A DNA stretch of 64,000 bases from Camelus dromedarius (taxonomy: Eukaryota), in contig NC_087437.1 of the NCBI RefSeq assembly GCF_036321535.1, positions 76,820,001 to 76,884,000 of the forward strand. The letters run 5' to 3'. Positions 1 through 11,445 of the stretch are shown here, piece by piece (position 1 is the stretch's first letter; each line of letters begins with the position of its first letter). Both the position numbers and the translations under genes were made by a program. The notes below the pieces were generated by a model. It worked only from the letters and a program-made list of their open reading frames with translations. It was not told the DNA's origin and did not search any database.

Positions 1-39
1 AAAATGTACTGAGGCTTGCTTTGTGGGCCAGCATCTATT

Positions 40-330
40 TTTTTGAGATATATTGGTCTGTACTTTTATTTTATTGTACTGTCTTTGTCTGGTTTTGGTA
101 TTAAGGCAATGTTTACCATAGAATTGTTAAACTCATAGAATGAGTTAAGTATTCCATCTGCTTCTATCTTCTGAAAGAGGTTACAGAGAATTGGTATAAT
201 TTCTTCCTTAAATGTTTGGTAGATTTCACCAATGAACCCATCTGAGCCTGATACTCTTTCTATTTTGGAAGGTTATTAACTATAGGTTCAATTTATTTAC
301 TAGTTATAGGCCTATTCTTATTTTCCTTAA
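40..330 (-). mobile_element. Old LINE-1 ORF2 fragment (antisense)
   Basis: The reverse complement reads as degenerate L1 ORF2 upstream of the RT (…[29 protein letters not shown]…; IPKPDKD). It is homologous to ~7065-7350 of the + strand L1. Confidence 0.85.
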
Positions 331-982
331 TAGCTTTATAGTATCACAGGTCTTTTTCTGCACTTCATTTTCCGGTGTTTCATGAGACCCTTTCATTTTC
401 ACGTCAAGCTGTTGGCTGCTTCAGACAGGGAATGAGGATGTCGTTGGTATAAGGAGATCAAAGGTACAATGAAGGGAGATTAAGAAAACTACATGACCAT
501 TCCTTAAATTTCAGGAAGGATGGTGATATCATATAACAAAGTTAATATTGTGTACACATTTAATGGATTAGGTTGAGAAAGTAGAGAAAATAAGAGACAA
601 CCATGGCTAGTGCCAACATTAACCCAGGCACATAGGCCCCTAGACTAGTTTCCATGATTTGGAAGGCCCCACTCTTATTCTTCCCTGACTATGCCCTTCA
701 TTTCAGTATGAAGATTTTTCTGGGTCTAAGGGTATGTTTCCCATCTCAAACCCATGCCTCCCTCCCCCAATTCTAAACCATGCTCTGGGAACCTCAAAAT
801 TCATCAGCTCACATGCCAGTGCCTACATGGACTTCTTCCCTGTATCCATCTTCCTAGGTAGACACGTGTATTTTTTCCTACATCCAAGAAGGACATCTAT
901 TTATACTCTTGCCTAGGTTCAGAACATGTTAGGGGCAATCTGACCATGTTTGCTCATAATGATAATTAGGCTAGAGATGTGT

Positions 983-985
<3 letters not shown>

Positions 986-1023
<38 letters not shown>

Positions 1024-1062
1024 TGTGTGTGTGTGTCTGTGTGTCTGTGTCTGTGTGTCTGT
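986..1062. repeat. (TG)n microsatellite degenerating to (TGTGTC)n
   Basis: Directly visible. Confidence 0.97.
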
Positions 1063-1683
1063 AGGTTATTAGAGAGTAAAGGGGAGAAAATGTAATCATC
1101 TCTCTGCTTATGTTTCTAGGGATTTGGCAGCTTAGGTCTGGATTGGCTCCCACCTGTCAGCAAATTCACATAGAAAAGATCAATGATGCATGCATGAAAG
1201 TCTGAAAAGATGAGTTTTACAACTTTGGAATCAGGTTTTCCTATTACAGGGATATATGGGAGGAAGGTGGAAAGAAGACCATTCCTGCAGATAGAAGCCC
1301 TAGTAATGGAGAAATCAATAATTTAAGGTGAAAGCAGGGTTTGGAGAGGGTTTGATTTGGAAAGGGTATATTGGATCATGCTTATAGGCAAAGAGAAATA
1401 AACTAGTTGAAAGGGAAATAAAAAATTGCTTTATTATGTACTGACATTACTAAAACATACCCTTTGAGTTTATTGGATAGTAAAAGTTCCTTTTTATATT
1501 GCAAATATTTTATCTGTACTTTTTTAGTGTATAGCATTTTCCTATAACCTTACATATAAACTATAATTTACTGACCCTTAAATGTAGGACTGGCAACTCT
1601 AACTTAGTGTTAATGATTCAGGATATTTAGTAGGCATGACAGTTGCTGTAATGTCTCATGGAGTCACCCACAGGTTTGCAGAT

Positions 1684-2329
1684 TGCTATGGACTGAATTG
1701 TGTCCCCCTGAAAATTCATACATTGAAGAACTAACCTCCAATGTGATGGCATTTGGAATTGGGACTGTGAGAGATACAGTTGTACCTTGGTATCCATGGG
1801 AGATTGGTTTTAGGACCCCTTGTAGATACCAAAATTGAAGGATGCTCAAGTCATTTATATAAAATGACTAGATTACTTATAATACCTAATACAATGTCAG
1901 TGCTATGTAAATAGTTGCTGGTGCAAATTCAAGTTTTGCTTTTTGGAACTTTCTGGAATTTTTTTAAAAAATATTTTTGATTTGAGGTTGGATGAATCTG
2001 CAGATGTGGAAACTGAATTTGAAGGGCTGACTGTGATTAGGTTTAGAGGAGGCCATGAGGGTGGGCCCTTCTTCATAGTATGGTATAGATGTCCTTATAA
2101 GAAGAGACACAGAGATAACAGCTTGCTCTCCATCTTTCTCTGCTACGTGAAGACAGAGTGAGAATGTAGCTGTATACAAGACAGGAAGAGAGTCTTCACC
2201 AGAAATCAGTCATGCTGGCACTCTGAGTGTACACTTCCAGCCTCCAGAACAGTGAGAAAATAAGTGTCTATTGTTTGAGCCGCCCTGTCTTATAATATTT
2301 TGTTATGGCAGCCAGAGCTGACTAAGACA
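1684..2329 (+). mobile_element. MaLR solo LTR (MLT1A-like), interrupted by a MER2-like MITE
   Basis: Starts TGCTATGGACTGAATTGTGTCCCC and ends GCTGACTAAGACA (MLT1A termini). Perfect 5-bp TSD CAGAT at 1679-1683 and 2330-2334. Confidence 0.92.
1778..2033 (+). mobile_element. MER2-like Tigger (TcMar) MITE, internally deleted
   Basis: CAGTTGTACCTTGGTATCCATGGGAGATTGG…GGATGCTCAAGTC…GAAGGGCTGACTG termini. TA on the left, TG (mutated TA) on the right. Confidence 0.88.
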
Positions 2330-3325
2330 CAGATGGAGACAATGTTGATGATGTGGGGCATAGGGATGAATAGATGTTGAGCCCTGTAGGGTCTGTCCCT
2401 ACGACTTGCTTTTTAAAAAGAAGTCCTAGAAGTCATCTTTCTTTTCTTGGATTCCTAAAGAAAGCATATACAACCGCATGCCCCAGTACAATAACACAGC
2501 TGCCTTTCTGTATAATTAGAGACCCTATGAATACAGCATTTTTCTTCCTGGTCCCAGAAAACCAATTTCTCTGCTATTGTCATCAGAATTATTTGGTTGG
2601 GCATCTGACTCTGATTCATGCACTAGCAACCCAAGAGACCACATACTTGCATATTCATTTGACCACATTTGCTTATCTTGCAAGCATAGTCGATGAGGGT
2701 AAGGAGGCATCCCTCACTGTTTCAAGAATATGTATATGTACAACTTGGAGCTGCTTGTTGCAATCTTACATATTGGTCTCAATCAAAATAAATGTTGTCC
2801 ATTCATCAGAGGTAGTATTAGATCCATTGCTTTATTCCCTGTTTGAGCAGAAGTCCAGGTACAAACAATAGCAAAAACTGTATCTTTGGGGAGATAAGGT
2901 TAAAAACTATAAGTGGCTGAATAATAAGTAAATCTGAATTAACATTTATTATAATGACTCATTTTGATCCATGTATTGAGTCAATGATGTCATATTAAGG
3001 AGAAAAAAAATGGTTTAAAAATAATTCCCCACCTGTGTTGTTGACTGGAAGTAGATTTCCATTTTTTCATTGCTTATCCTGAAGGGGTTGGAAGTAAGGA
3101 GGATATGCTGTGAGCAGTGTTCTTAATATTCCACTCCTTTGGGGAGCTTAGCTATAAGGCAGCCTTCTATTGAGCAGAGAGCATATGAATTGGGAAGATT
3201 CCTGCTAGCTGTCTGGTCCTAGTTCCTCCCTAAGAAAGCAGATAGATAATCTCATTCACGGCTATATCCAGCCTTTGCCTACATCACACTGTGGATGAAT
3301 TTTTCAAAATATAATTGTGTCATTC

Positions 3326-6300
3326 CTTCCAGTTGGGACAAAATGGTATAAACTCATTTTCCCATACTATTCCTGTTAAGCACAAGTATAAAGCACAGGA
3401 AACAATCAAAGGATAACTCTAAAAGGTGCTAAAAAGATGAGTTTTCTTGGAGACCCCAGGACCAGAGGAATAGTACAGCAGCAGAACATCTTACATCCTC
3501 CCACCCAAAAGAGGAGCACACTCAGACTTGGCATTTCTACACCTCCATATAGCATGTGAAGGCAGCCTAAGTAGGCTTATTTGTCTCCAGATCCAACGGG
3601 AGTCCCTCTGATGACACAAGGGGAGTTTAACACCACCAGAAAGGTGAATCAACTGGGACTCCTGTCAGAAAATCAAGGCAGGGGAGACATTCTCCTTCCC
3701 TGCCAGCCCTAACTACTTATCTTTCCACCAAAAGATACTGAAATTGTTGGGCAGAACCAGCAACAGGGACCCAGCTACAGCAGGTGGTCTGGTCTGGGAA
3801 GCACCTTTCTCCCTTTGGATGATACTCTCCTCCCTGACCCAGAGACATCAGGGTAGGTAGATAAAACCAGAAAAAAGAGACCCAGTCATGGCAAGTGACA
3901 TGGTGTAGGAAGCCTCTTTGTCCTTATAGTGCAAGATATTAAAGTAGACAGGCATAGGTAGGAGGGTCCCACCAGACCCCTCTCATGCGGAGACAGCCAG
4001 AAATCCTAGACACCAGGAGCAGGGACAGTGGGAGCCCCAGACAAGCTAAATAAATAGAACAAACCAAATAATACCATAAAGGTCCTGAAAATTAAACTGC
4101 TTTTAGAACCAGAGCTTATAAAATTGAACCAAGATGCAGAAGCCAAGACTAAACAGGGTGACTACCTGCTAAAATAAAAGACTTAAATAGAATGCAGAGT
4201 CTGCTACATGATAGAGTGTTCATGATACAATAAAAATTGTTTCATCATACCAAGAGCCAAGAAAATCACAACTTCAAAGAGGAAAGATAATCAACTGAAG
4301 AGCCAACGTTAAGATGAATGAGATGTTGGCACTACTTGACAAGTATTATAAGTATTGTAAGCAACTTTATAAAAATGCTTCAACAAGCAATTACAAATTC
4401 ACCTGAAGCAAAAAAAAGAAAGAAAAGAAAAAAAGAAAGAAAATATTACCAAAGAAATATAAATTATAAAAAGGACTCAAATGAAACTGTAACAGAAATA
4501 CAGCAAGAGAAATTAAAAACTCAGTGGATGAGTTTAATAGTATAATGGAGATAACAGAGGGTAAATTAGTGAATTTGAAGACAGAATAGTAGAACTCATC
4601 AAATCTAAACAACACAGAGAAATAGACTGAAAATAAAGGACAGAAGCAGGATGCTGTGGTATGATAGCAAATGATCCAATATTCATATTGTCAGAGTCCC
4701 AGAAAGAGGAGAGAAAAAAATGGGACTGGAAGAGTATTTGAAGAAATAATGTCTAAAACTCCCCAAATTTGGTGAAATACATAAACCTACAGATATAAGA
4801 AGCTGAGAGAACCCTAAACAGATAAACTTGAGGAAGTACATGCCAAGAAATATCATGATTAAAATTTTAAAACTGAAGATCAATTAAAAAAAAAACAAAA
4901 CAAAAGGAACCAGGGAGAAATGACATTACCTATAGAAAATCCTAAATCAATTAGCAGCAGATTTCTTTTCTGAAACCATGGAGACCAGAAGGAAGTGGCA
5001 AAATATTTTTAAATGCTAAGAGGAAAGAACTGTCAACAACAAACTCTATATCAATCAGACCTATGCTTTATGAATAAAGGGGAAATAAAAACATTGTTAG
5101 ATGAAAGAAAATTAAAGATCTGTTACTAGATTTTTCCCTTAAAGACTGGTTAAAGGAACTTATTTTACAGAAAGGAAATGATATAAAGAAGGAATCTTCA
5201 GCATCTGGATGGAAGAAGGAAAAATGGAAAAAGCAGAAATATGAGTACAAACATAAGACTGTCTTTCCTCCTGAGATTTATAAATTTTATTTAATAATTA
5301 AAACAAAAGTTAGGCAATCATCTGATACTCAAGACAACTGTATTTAAAACTAGGGGAAGGAAAAGACACCCAAATGAAAGTGAGGTTTCCACACATCATC
5401 TGAAGTGGTAGATGTTGATTTCAGTAGACTGTAAGTTACACATCTATATCTAAATCTATATTTCTATTTCTTTTATCTATCATTGATATCTATAGATTCT
5501 CTTTCTATATATAAAATACGCAGAGCAGCCTCTGTAAGAACTATGCAAAGACGTATCCTCAAACACTATAAATAAATCAAGAAGGGTTCCTAAAAATACT
5601 TAATGAACAGCAGATAGGTAAGAACAAAGAAACAGAGTAAAGAGAAGAAGAACCAAATAAAAAATATATAATAAGATGGCAGATGTAAGTATTAACGTAT
5701 CAATAATTACCTTAAATAAATGGTTTAAACCTGTCAATAAATAGGCAGAAATTTCAGAGAAAATAAAAAACATGAGCTATCTATGTACTGTTTAAAGGAA
5801 AGTCACTTTTAATTTAATGACATAGTTACAAGTTAAAAGGATGCCTAAAGATATACCATACAAACATTAATTTAAAAATAGGAATAGCCATATTAACATC
5901 TGAAAAAGTCAATTTCACAGAAAAAAAATTACTAGAGACAAAAAGAGAGATATTACATAATGATGAAATGGTTAATCCATTGACACAATGATTCTAGATG
6001 TTTATGTATTAAGAAATAGAGCCTCAAAATATATGAAATAAAATTTGATAGAGCTGAAAGAAGTAGATAAATATACAGTTGTAACTGGAGACTTCAACAC
6101 TCTCTCTCAGTAAATGATAAAAACACTAGCCAGAAAAATCAGCAAGGATATAGAATATCTTAATAATACAGTCAACCAACAGCATTGAATAGGTGTATAA
6201 AGACTCCACCCAACAACAGCTTAGCACACATTTGTTTTTCAAGCATCCATGGAACATTCACCAGGATAAACCATGCCCTGGCTATAAAACAAACTTCAAA

Positions 6301-8151
6301 ACTTTAACATAATTGAAATCATACAGAGTATGTTTTCTTTCCATAGTGGAATCAAATTAGATAGCAGTAAAAGCAACAGAAAAGCAGAAGCAGAAAAGCA
6401 ACAAGAAAATCTCTAAACACATGGAAATTCAACAGCATACTTCTAAACAATCCATTTGTCAAAAAGGAAGTCTCAAAGGTATGGATGTAAACAAAAAAGC
6501 AACATAATAAAATTTGTGGACTCAGCTAAAGCAATGAGTGGAAATTCATACCACTGAATACGTATTATTAGTGAATAAATGTCTGAAATCAATGTCCTAA
6601 GTCCTTATCTCAAGAAACTAGAAAAAGAAGAGCAAAATAAACCTAAAGCAAGCAGAAGAAAGGAAATCATAAAGAGCAGATATCAATGCAATTGAAAATA
6701 GAAACACAGTAGACAAAAATAAATGAAATGAAACCTGCTTCTTAAGAAAATCATTAAAATTGATAAATGTTTATCAAGGCTGGTATTAATAAAAAGATGA
6801 CACATTCACAAATATAAAGAATGAAATAAGGGATAATTGTTACAGATTGTGCAGCCCTTAAGAAGATAATAAGGTACATCAGAAATTGATGCAACATTGT
6901 AAACTGAGTATACTTGAAAGAAAGAAAGAAAGAGGAAAGGAAAATAGTAAGAGGATAATAAGGGAGTACTATGGACAACTTTACTCATAAATTTGACAAC
7001 TTAGAAGAAATGAACCAATTTCTCAAAAATCAAACTGATAAAACTCAATGAAGATGAAATAGATATGAATAGTCTTATAATCATAAAGTAAGTTGAATTC
7101 ATAATTTAAAATCTCTTGTAAAAGAGATCTTCAGGCCCATATAGATTCACTGGAGAATTCTACTAAATGTGTAAGGAATTAAGACACCCCCCCCCCCCAA
7201 AGTTAACACCAATCTTATATAAGTTGTTTCAGGAAATATAAGAGGAGGGAACACTTCCCAACTTATTTTATGAGGCCAATATTATCCGGATACTGAAACC
7301 AGAGGGAGAAATGAATCCACTGATCAATATCTCTTATGAACTTAGACACAAAAATCTTCCACAAAAGTTAGCAGACAGAATCCAACAGTATATAAAGTTA
7401 ATTACATACCAAGAGCAAGTGAGATTTTTTTCTAGGTATACAATGCTGGTTCAACTTAGGAAAGTCAATCCATCTAGTTCACCACGTCAACAAGCTAAGG
7501 GAGAAAAATCATATGATTATGTTAACACATGAAAAGCTTGACAATATCTGACACCCTTTTATGATAAAAAATACAGCAAATTAGGAATAGAGGGGAATTA
7601 TCTAAACATGATTAAGAGCTTCTACAAAAACCCTACAGCTAACATACTTAATGATAAAAGAGTGAAAGCTTTCTTCTTAAACTTTGGAAACAAAGCAAGG
7701 CTGTTCACTCTCACCACTCTTACTCAATATAGTACAGGAAGTTCTAGCAACTGTGATATGGTAATAAAAATACATAAAAAGCATACAGATTATAAATAAA
7801 TACATAAAACTATGGCTATTCACAGATGACATGATTGTCTACATAGAAAATTCTGAGGAATCCAGCCAAAACTGCCTCATAAGTCAGCTCAGCATGGTCA
7901 CAGGATACAAGATAAGCATACGTGAATCAATTGTATTTATATATAGTAGCAATGAACACATAGGTGCTGAAATTAGAAATACAATACCATTTACAGTTAC
8001 ATCCAAAACAAATGAAATTCTGAGTTCTTGATCTAATGAAACATGTGCAAGACTTGTATGCTGAAAACTACAAAATGCTGATAAAAGAAATCAAAGAAGA
8101 TGTAAATAAATGGAGATATGTGCCATGTTTGTGGATTAGAAGACTCAACAT
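3326..8151 (+). mobile_element. Old LINE-1 (L1M/L1MC-type): 5'UTR, decayed ORF1, long inter-ORF spacer, decayed ORF2; 3' end missing
   Basis: ORF1-like sequence at ~4300-5250. ORF2 endonuclease start (SIITLN-like) at ~5676-5730 and GDFNTLSQ at ~6088. RT motif LFTDDMIVYIEN at 7816-7851. Ends at …KWRYVPCLWIRRLNI near 8151. Many stops and frameshifts. Confidence 0.93.
6875..6947 (+). mobile_element. Extremely 5'-truncated young L1 3' end with (GAAA)n tail, inserted in the old L1
   Basis: ACATCAGAAATTGATGCAACATTGTAAACTGAGTATACTT resembles the L1 terminus at ~25480-25520. Flanked by a 16-bp TSD (15/16): TAAGAAGATAATAAGG 6859-6874 and TAAGAGGATAATAAGG 6948-6963. Confidence 0.85.
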
Positions 8152-11100
8152 CTACATAGCTGTTCTACCTTTTGCCAAGGTACTTTAGCTTCCTCATCTC
8201 TGAAAAAGCAGAAATGTCCAGAACTTACCCTAAAAATTTCCTGCTTAATACAGTACCTGGCATATAGAAATTTCTCCATGCATTTTAACTACCTTTATAG
8301 CTCCAGGCTTTAATTTGTGTGGCTTTCTAGAGTTCTGGGTAAGTTTTAGTCTGCAAAGATTTCTGAATCTCTGCTCAGCTCATTTAGCATTCTCATCTCA
8401 GTGTTGACAAGCTAATATTGTAGTAAATCATGACTATTCATCTGTGCTCAAACTTCTTAAGTAATGGAGATTGTCTTTTAACAGTGCAGCATTTTCAAAA
8501 TTTTACCTTTTGTTTTTCTCTAAGTGTATTTTAGTATTCATATTGTATCATGATCCTTTAGGATTCACCTAACTCTTTGATACTACAATAGAAACATTGT
8601 GTTTTATTTATGGCTTAGCTAGTCATGTTTTCTTACACAGTTTTACATAAAATACATACTCCCTTCTCTCAGATTGCTGAATTAATGTGGCTAGCATGCT
8701 TTTAGCAAGGCAAACTATTGCTACATTGTTAGGAAGTATTTTTTGGCAACTGAAAAAGTCTCCTCCAACCCCTTCCCATTAAAAAGAATTTTTTTTTTTA
8801 ATGTGTGTGTTTATTTCTTAAATCTAAATCTGTTCTAGAAGACAGTGAAGGCTGATTTCAGATAGAAAAGTGTTTAATTTTATTCAACTACATATAATAT
8901 TTGTAATTATTTTCTCTTTTAACACACAATTTCTCTATAGTAACTAAACATATATTCTTCTATGCTAAACAGGTTATTGTGAACCTTCCAGCTGTTACCA
9001 GAAACACGTATTAACACTTCTAAGTCATTTTGATCTACATCATTACTGATGTTGGTTTTAAAAAAACATGTCACTGTAATTACTACCCAAAATAGAAACA
9101 TGCTTTCAGTAATTATAGTGACTTGGTGAATATGTAACAAACCATTTAAAAATAATTTCAGTTTTATTCCTCAAATGCAAATGCTTATGGGGCAATTTAT
9201 ATGACATATCATATGAAAAATTATTTATATATTTATATAATTATCCGCTGGGCCATTTATTGTTTGAATGCAAACTGTTTCTAGAGGATTGTTTGAAAAT
9301 TTTTCTTTTAAGTGATGATATTTACCTTTTTAAAATATGAATTTGTTTACATTTGCCAAACAGTATCATTTAGAAAGAGCTTTCATTCAACCATTTACTG
9401 ATAGGTTGACATACTAATTTTTAGAGGCTAGCATATTAGGTGTAAACATTCTGGGTTTGTGCATGTTTTAAATTGAGGGAGAGCTAGCTGGGTTCTGCCT
9501 TTGTTTCTGTGCCACTCCCGACTGACTCACAAGTACACGGGGTGACCATGTGCTGGTCTGAGGTGATGGCGCTCTTGGACATCACTTCCTCCTTTTAGCT
9601 GAAGGTTTGGCAAAGGATTAAATGCAGAATCTGGTTATCTTGGCTGGATGTACTCATGACTTGAATTGAAAGAAAAATGCTTTTTGAGCTTAGAACAAAA
9701 GTTATCATACTTTATATTGTCTGATTCCACCAGCCACAAGTCAATGGAGTTTTAAAACCTGGGACAACTCATATATTGCTACATTTAATTTTACCAGTCA
9801 GCATTATTTCTTAATGAACACCAATGACTTATAATGTTAGCAATTTGAGTAATCTTCAATAATGGCTTTTCGTTGTCCTGTGGCACATTTTGTATCTTTG
9901 CCAGTCAGCTGTTGGTTAGACTTCTTCTTTCCTTGGATTTGTTAACTCTGTCCTTTTCTATCACAAGCCTTCTGTGCTTCAGGATATGTGTTATAAATTA
10001 TATTAGCCATTCTCCACTTTGCTGGTTTTAACTTTACTCTGTGGGTACTTAGTCTTTTAAATGTTCCAGAAAATCATCATTCTTCATTTTGATTTGTTGG
10101 AGGTGAAATCCATTTACTGAACGAAAAGTCATTCTCAGATCACAATAATTTTCTTTGTTCTGCTTGTCCAGTTTTTTTTAGAATAGGTAGTAGCAAGAGG
10201 TTAGAATTTTCTGTAAGCCAAATAATAAAATTACAGAAAAATACCAATAAGAAAAATAATTTGAAGTTCTCCATCAAGATATAAAAGTTTGAAAACGAGG
10301 ATTGTTTCAACCATGCTCAGAAACTCTCATGACCTAAATGTTTGGTGGGCCAAAATGTAAGCTTTCAAATGAATATGAAAACAGATTCCTTTACCTGGTA
10401 TTTTTTCCTATTTAGAAAGATAGTTAATGTGCCTTTCATCTTCTTCAGGAAATATTAGAAGTACAGAGGAAAAGATTTCAGAGAACTTAAGCTAAAAATA
10501 TCTTAGTGATTTTCTGCATGGCAGTGTTTTCAGTGAAGGTCAAGCATCATAAAGTTATATCTAAATAAATATACTTCTAAAGAGATTATTTTGTTTCTGT
10601 GTATAATAATGAATATTCTTGGCCTGTAAACTCTTTGTTAATGTGCGTTAGGGAAAATGACAGCATCCCCTTCGGCTTATTCAGTATCTAATCTGCAGCT
10701 TTGGCCACTAACAAGCATCATGTAGCATTAGACTGACTTACACTAAATTATTTCCAGTTCAGTGAAGAATAAATTGGTTTAGTGAAGAAATATTATAAAA
10801 TAAATAACATGAACATGATATACCAGTTTGAACTATTTTCATAAAAAATTGTTTATTTTCATTAAGAAAAATTATAGGATAAATATAATAAATAATATTT
10901 CAGTCACCTCTGTAATGATGTAAAAGGAGTAATTTCTAAAAAAGGATAACGTGAGGTTTTGGATTTACTTCACGGAAAAGCCATTTATTTAGCTGTGGTC
11001 ACAACTGGCTATTTATGTGGCACAAATTCACCCATAGTTTAATAAACCATAGCCCTCTTTTTCATGTAGATTTCTACAGCTAATCCAGATTTCCCATACT

Positions 11101-11169
11101 TGGCAATTTTGGATCTTGATTGATCTTTATAGGTATACTCATTGAAGTGTAACTTTCACAGGATCCATT

Positions 11170-11445
11170 TAGTTCCTAGAATCCTTTGAGTACTTTCAGT
11201 TCCCTGAATGTTCCATGCTTTCTTCGCTTTCTGTAGGGATTTAAACTGTCTTCTCTCTCTGATTTGACTGTCTCCCCACCCAACCCTCCTCTGAGACTAT
11301 TCTAAAGGAAGCACATTATCCCTTTCCCATCTCTGCTAATGTCCACAGCACCCCATTGCAGTGCTTTATTTGCTTACAGATTGCACCGGTGTAATAAGAT
11401 CTGGCATATAGTAACAACTTCATAGACATTTGTAGAATAAACAAG
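11170..11445 (+). mobile_element. L2 3' fragment
   Basis: L2-like tail CTGGCATATAGTA…ACATTTGTAGAATAAA, preceded by a pyrimidine-rich L2-like body. Confidence 0.55.

Noticed and set aside
455..471. Consensus TCF site AGATCAAAGG next to SOX-like ACAATG
   Set aside because: A single motif pair that cannot be told from chance without conservation data.
1066..1400. Possible ERV LTR relic resembling the start of 23844-24372
   Set aside because: Only the first ~30 bp look similar, and I found no termini or TSD.
5481..5495. 15-bp inverted match CATTGATATCTATAG to 40080-40094
   Set aside because: Both sites lie in ATCT/ATAT low-complexity patches 35 kb apart and the match does not extend.
7311..8031. 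RT-like ORFs as a novel reverse transcriptase system
   Set aside because: Frameshifted fragments of ordinary L1 ORF2.
10395..10491. Possible minus-strand exon (TTTTAG acceptor, CAG|GTAAAG donor)
   Set aside because: The frame I translated hits a stop, and there is no recognisable peptide or partner exon.
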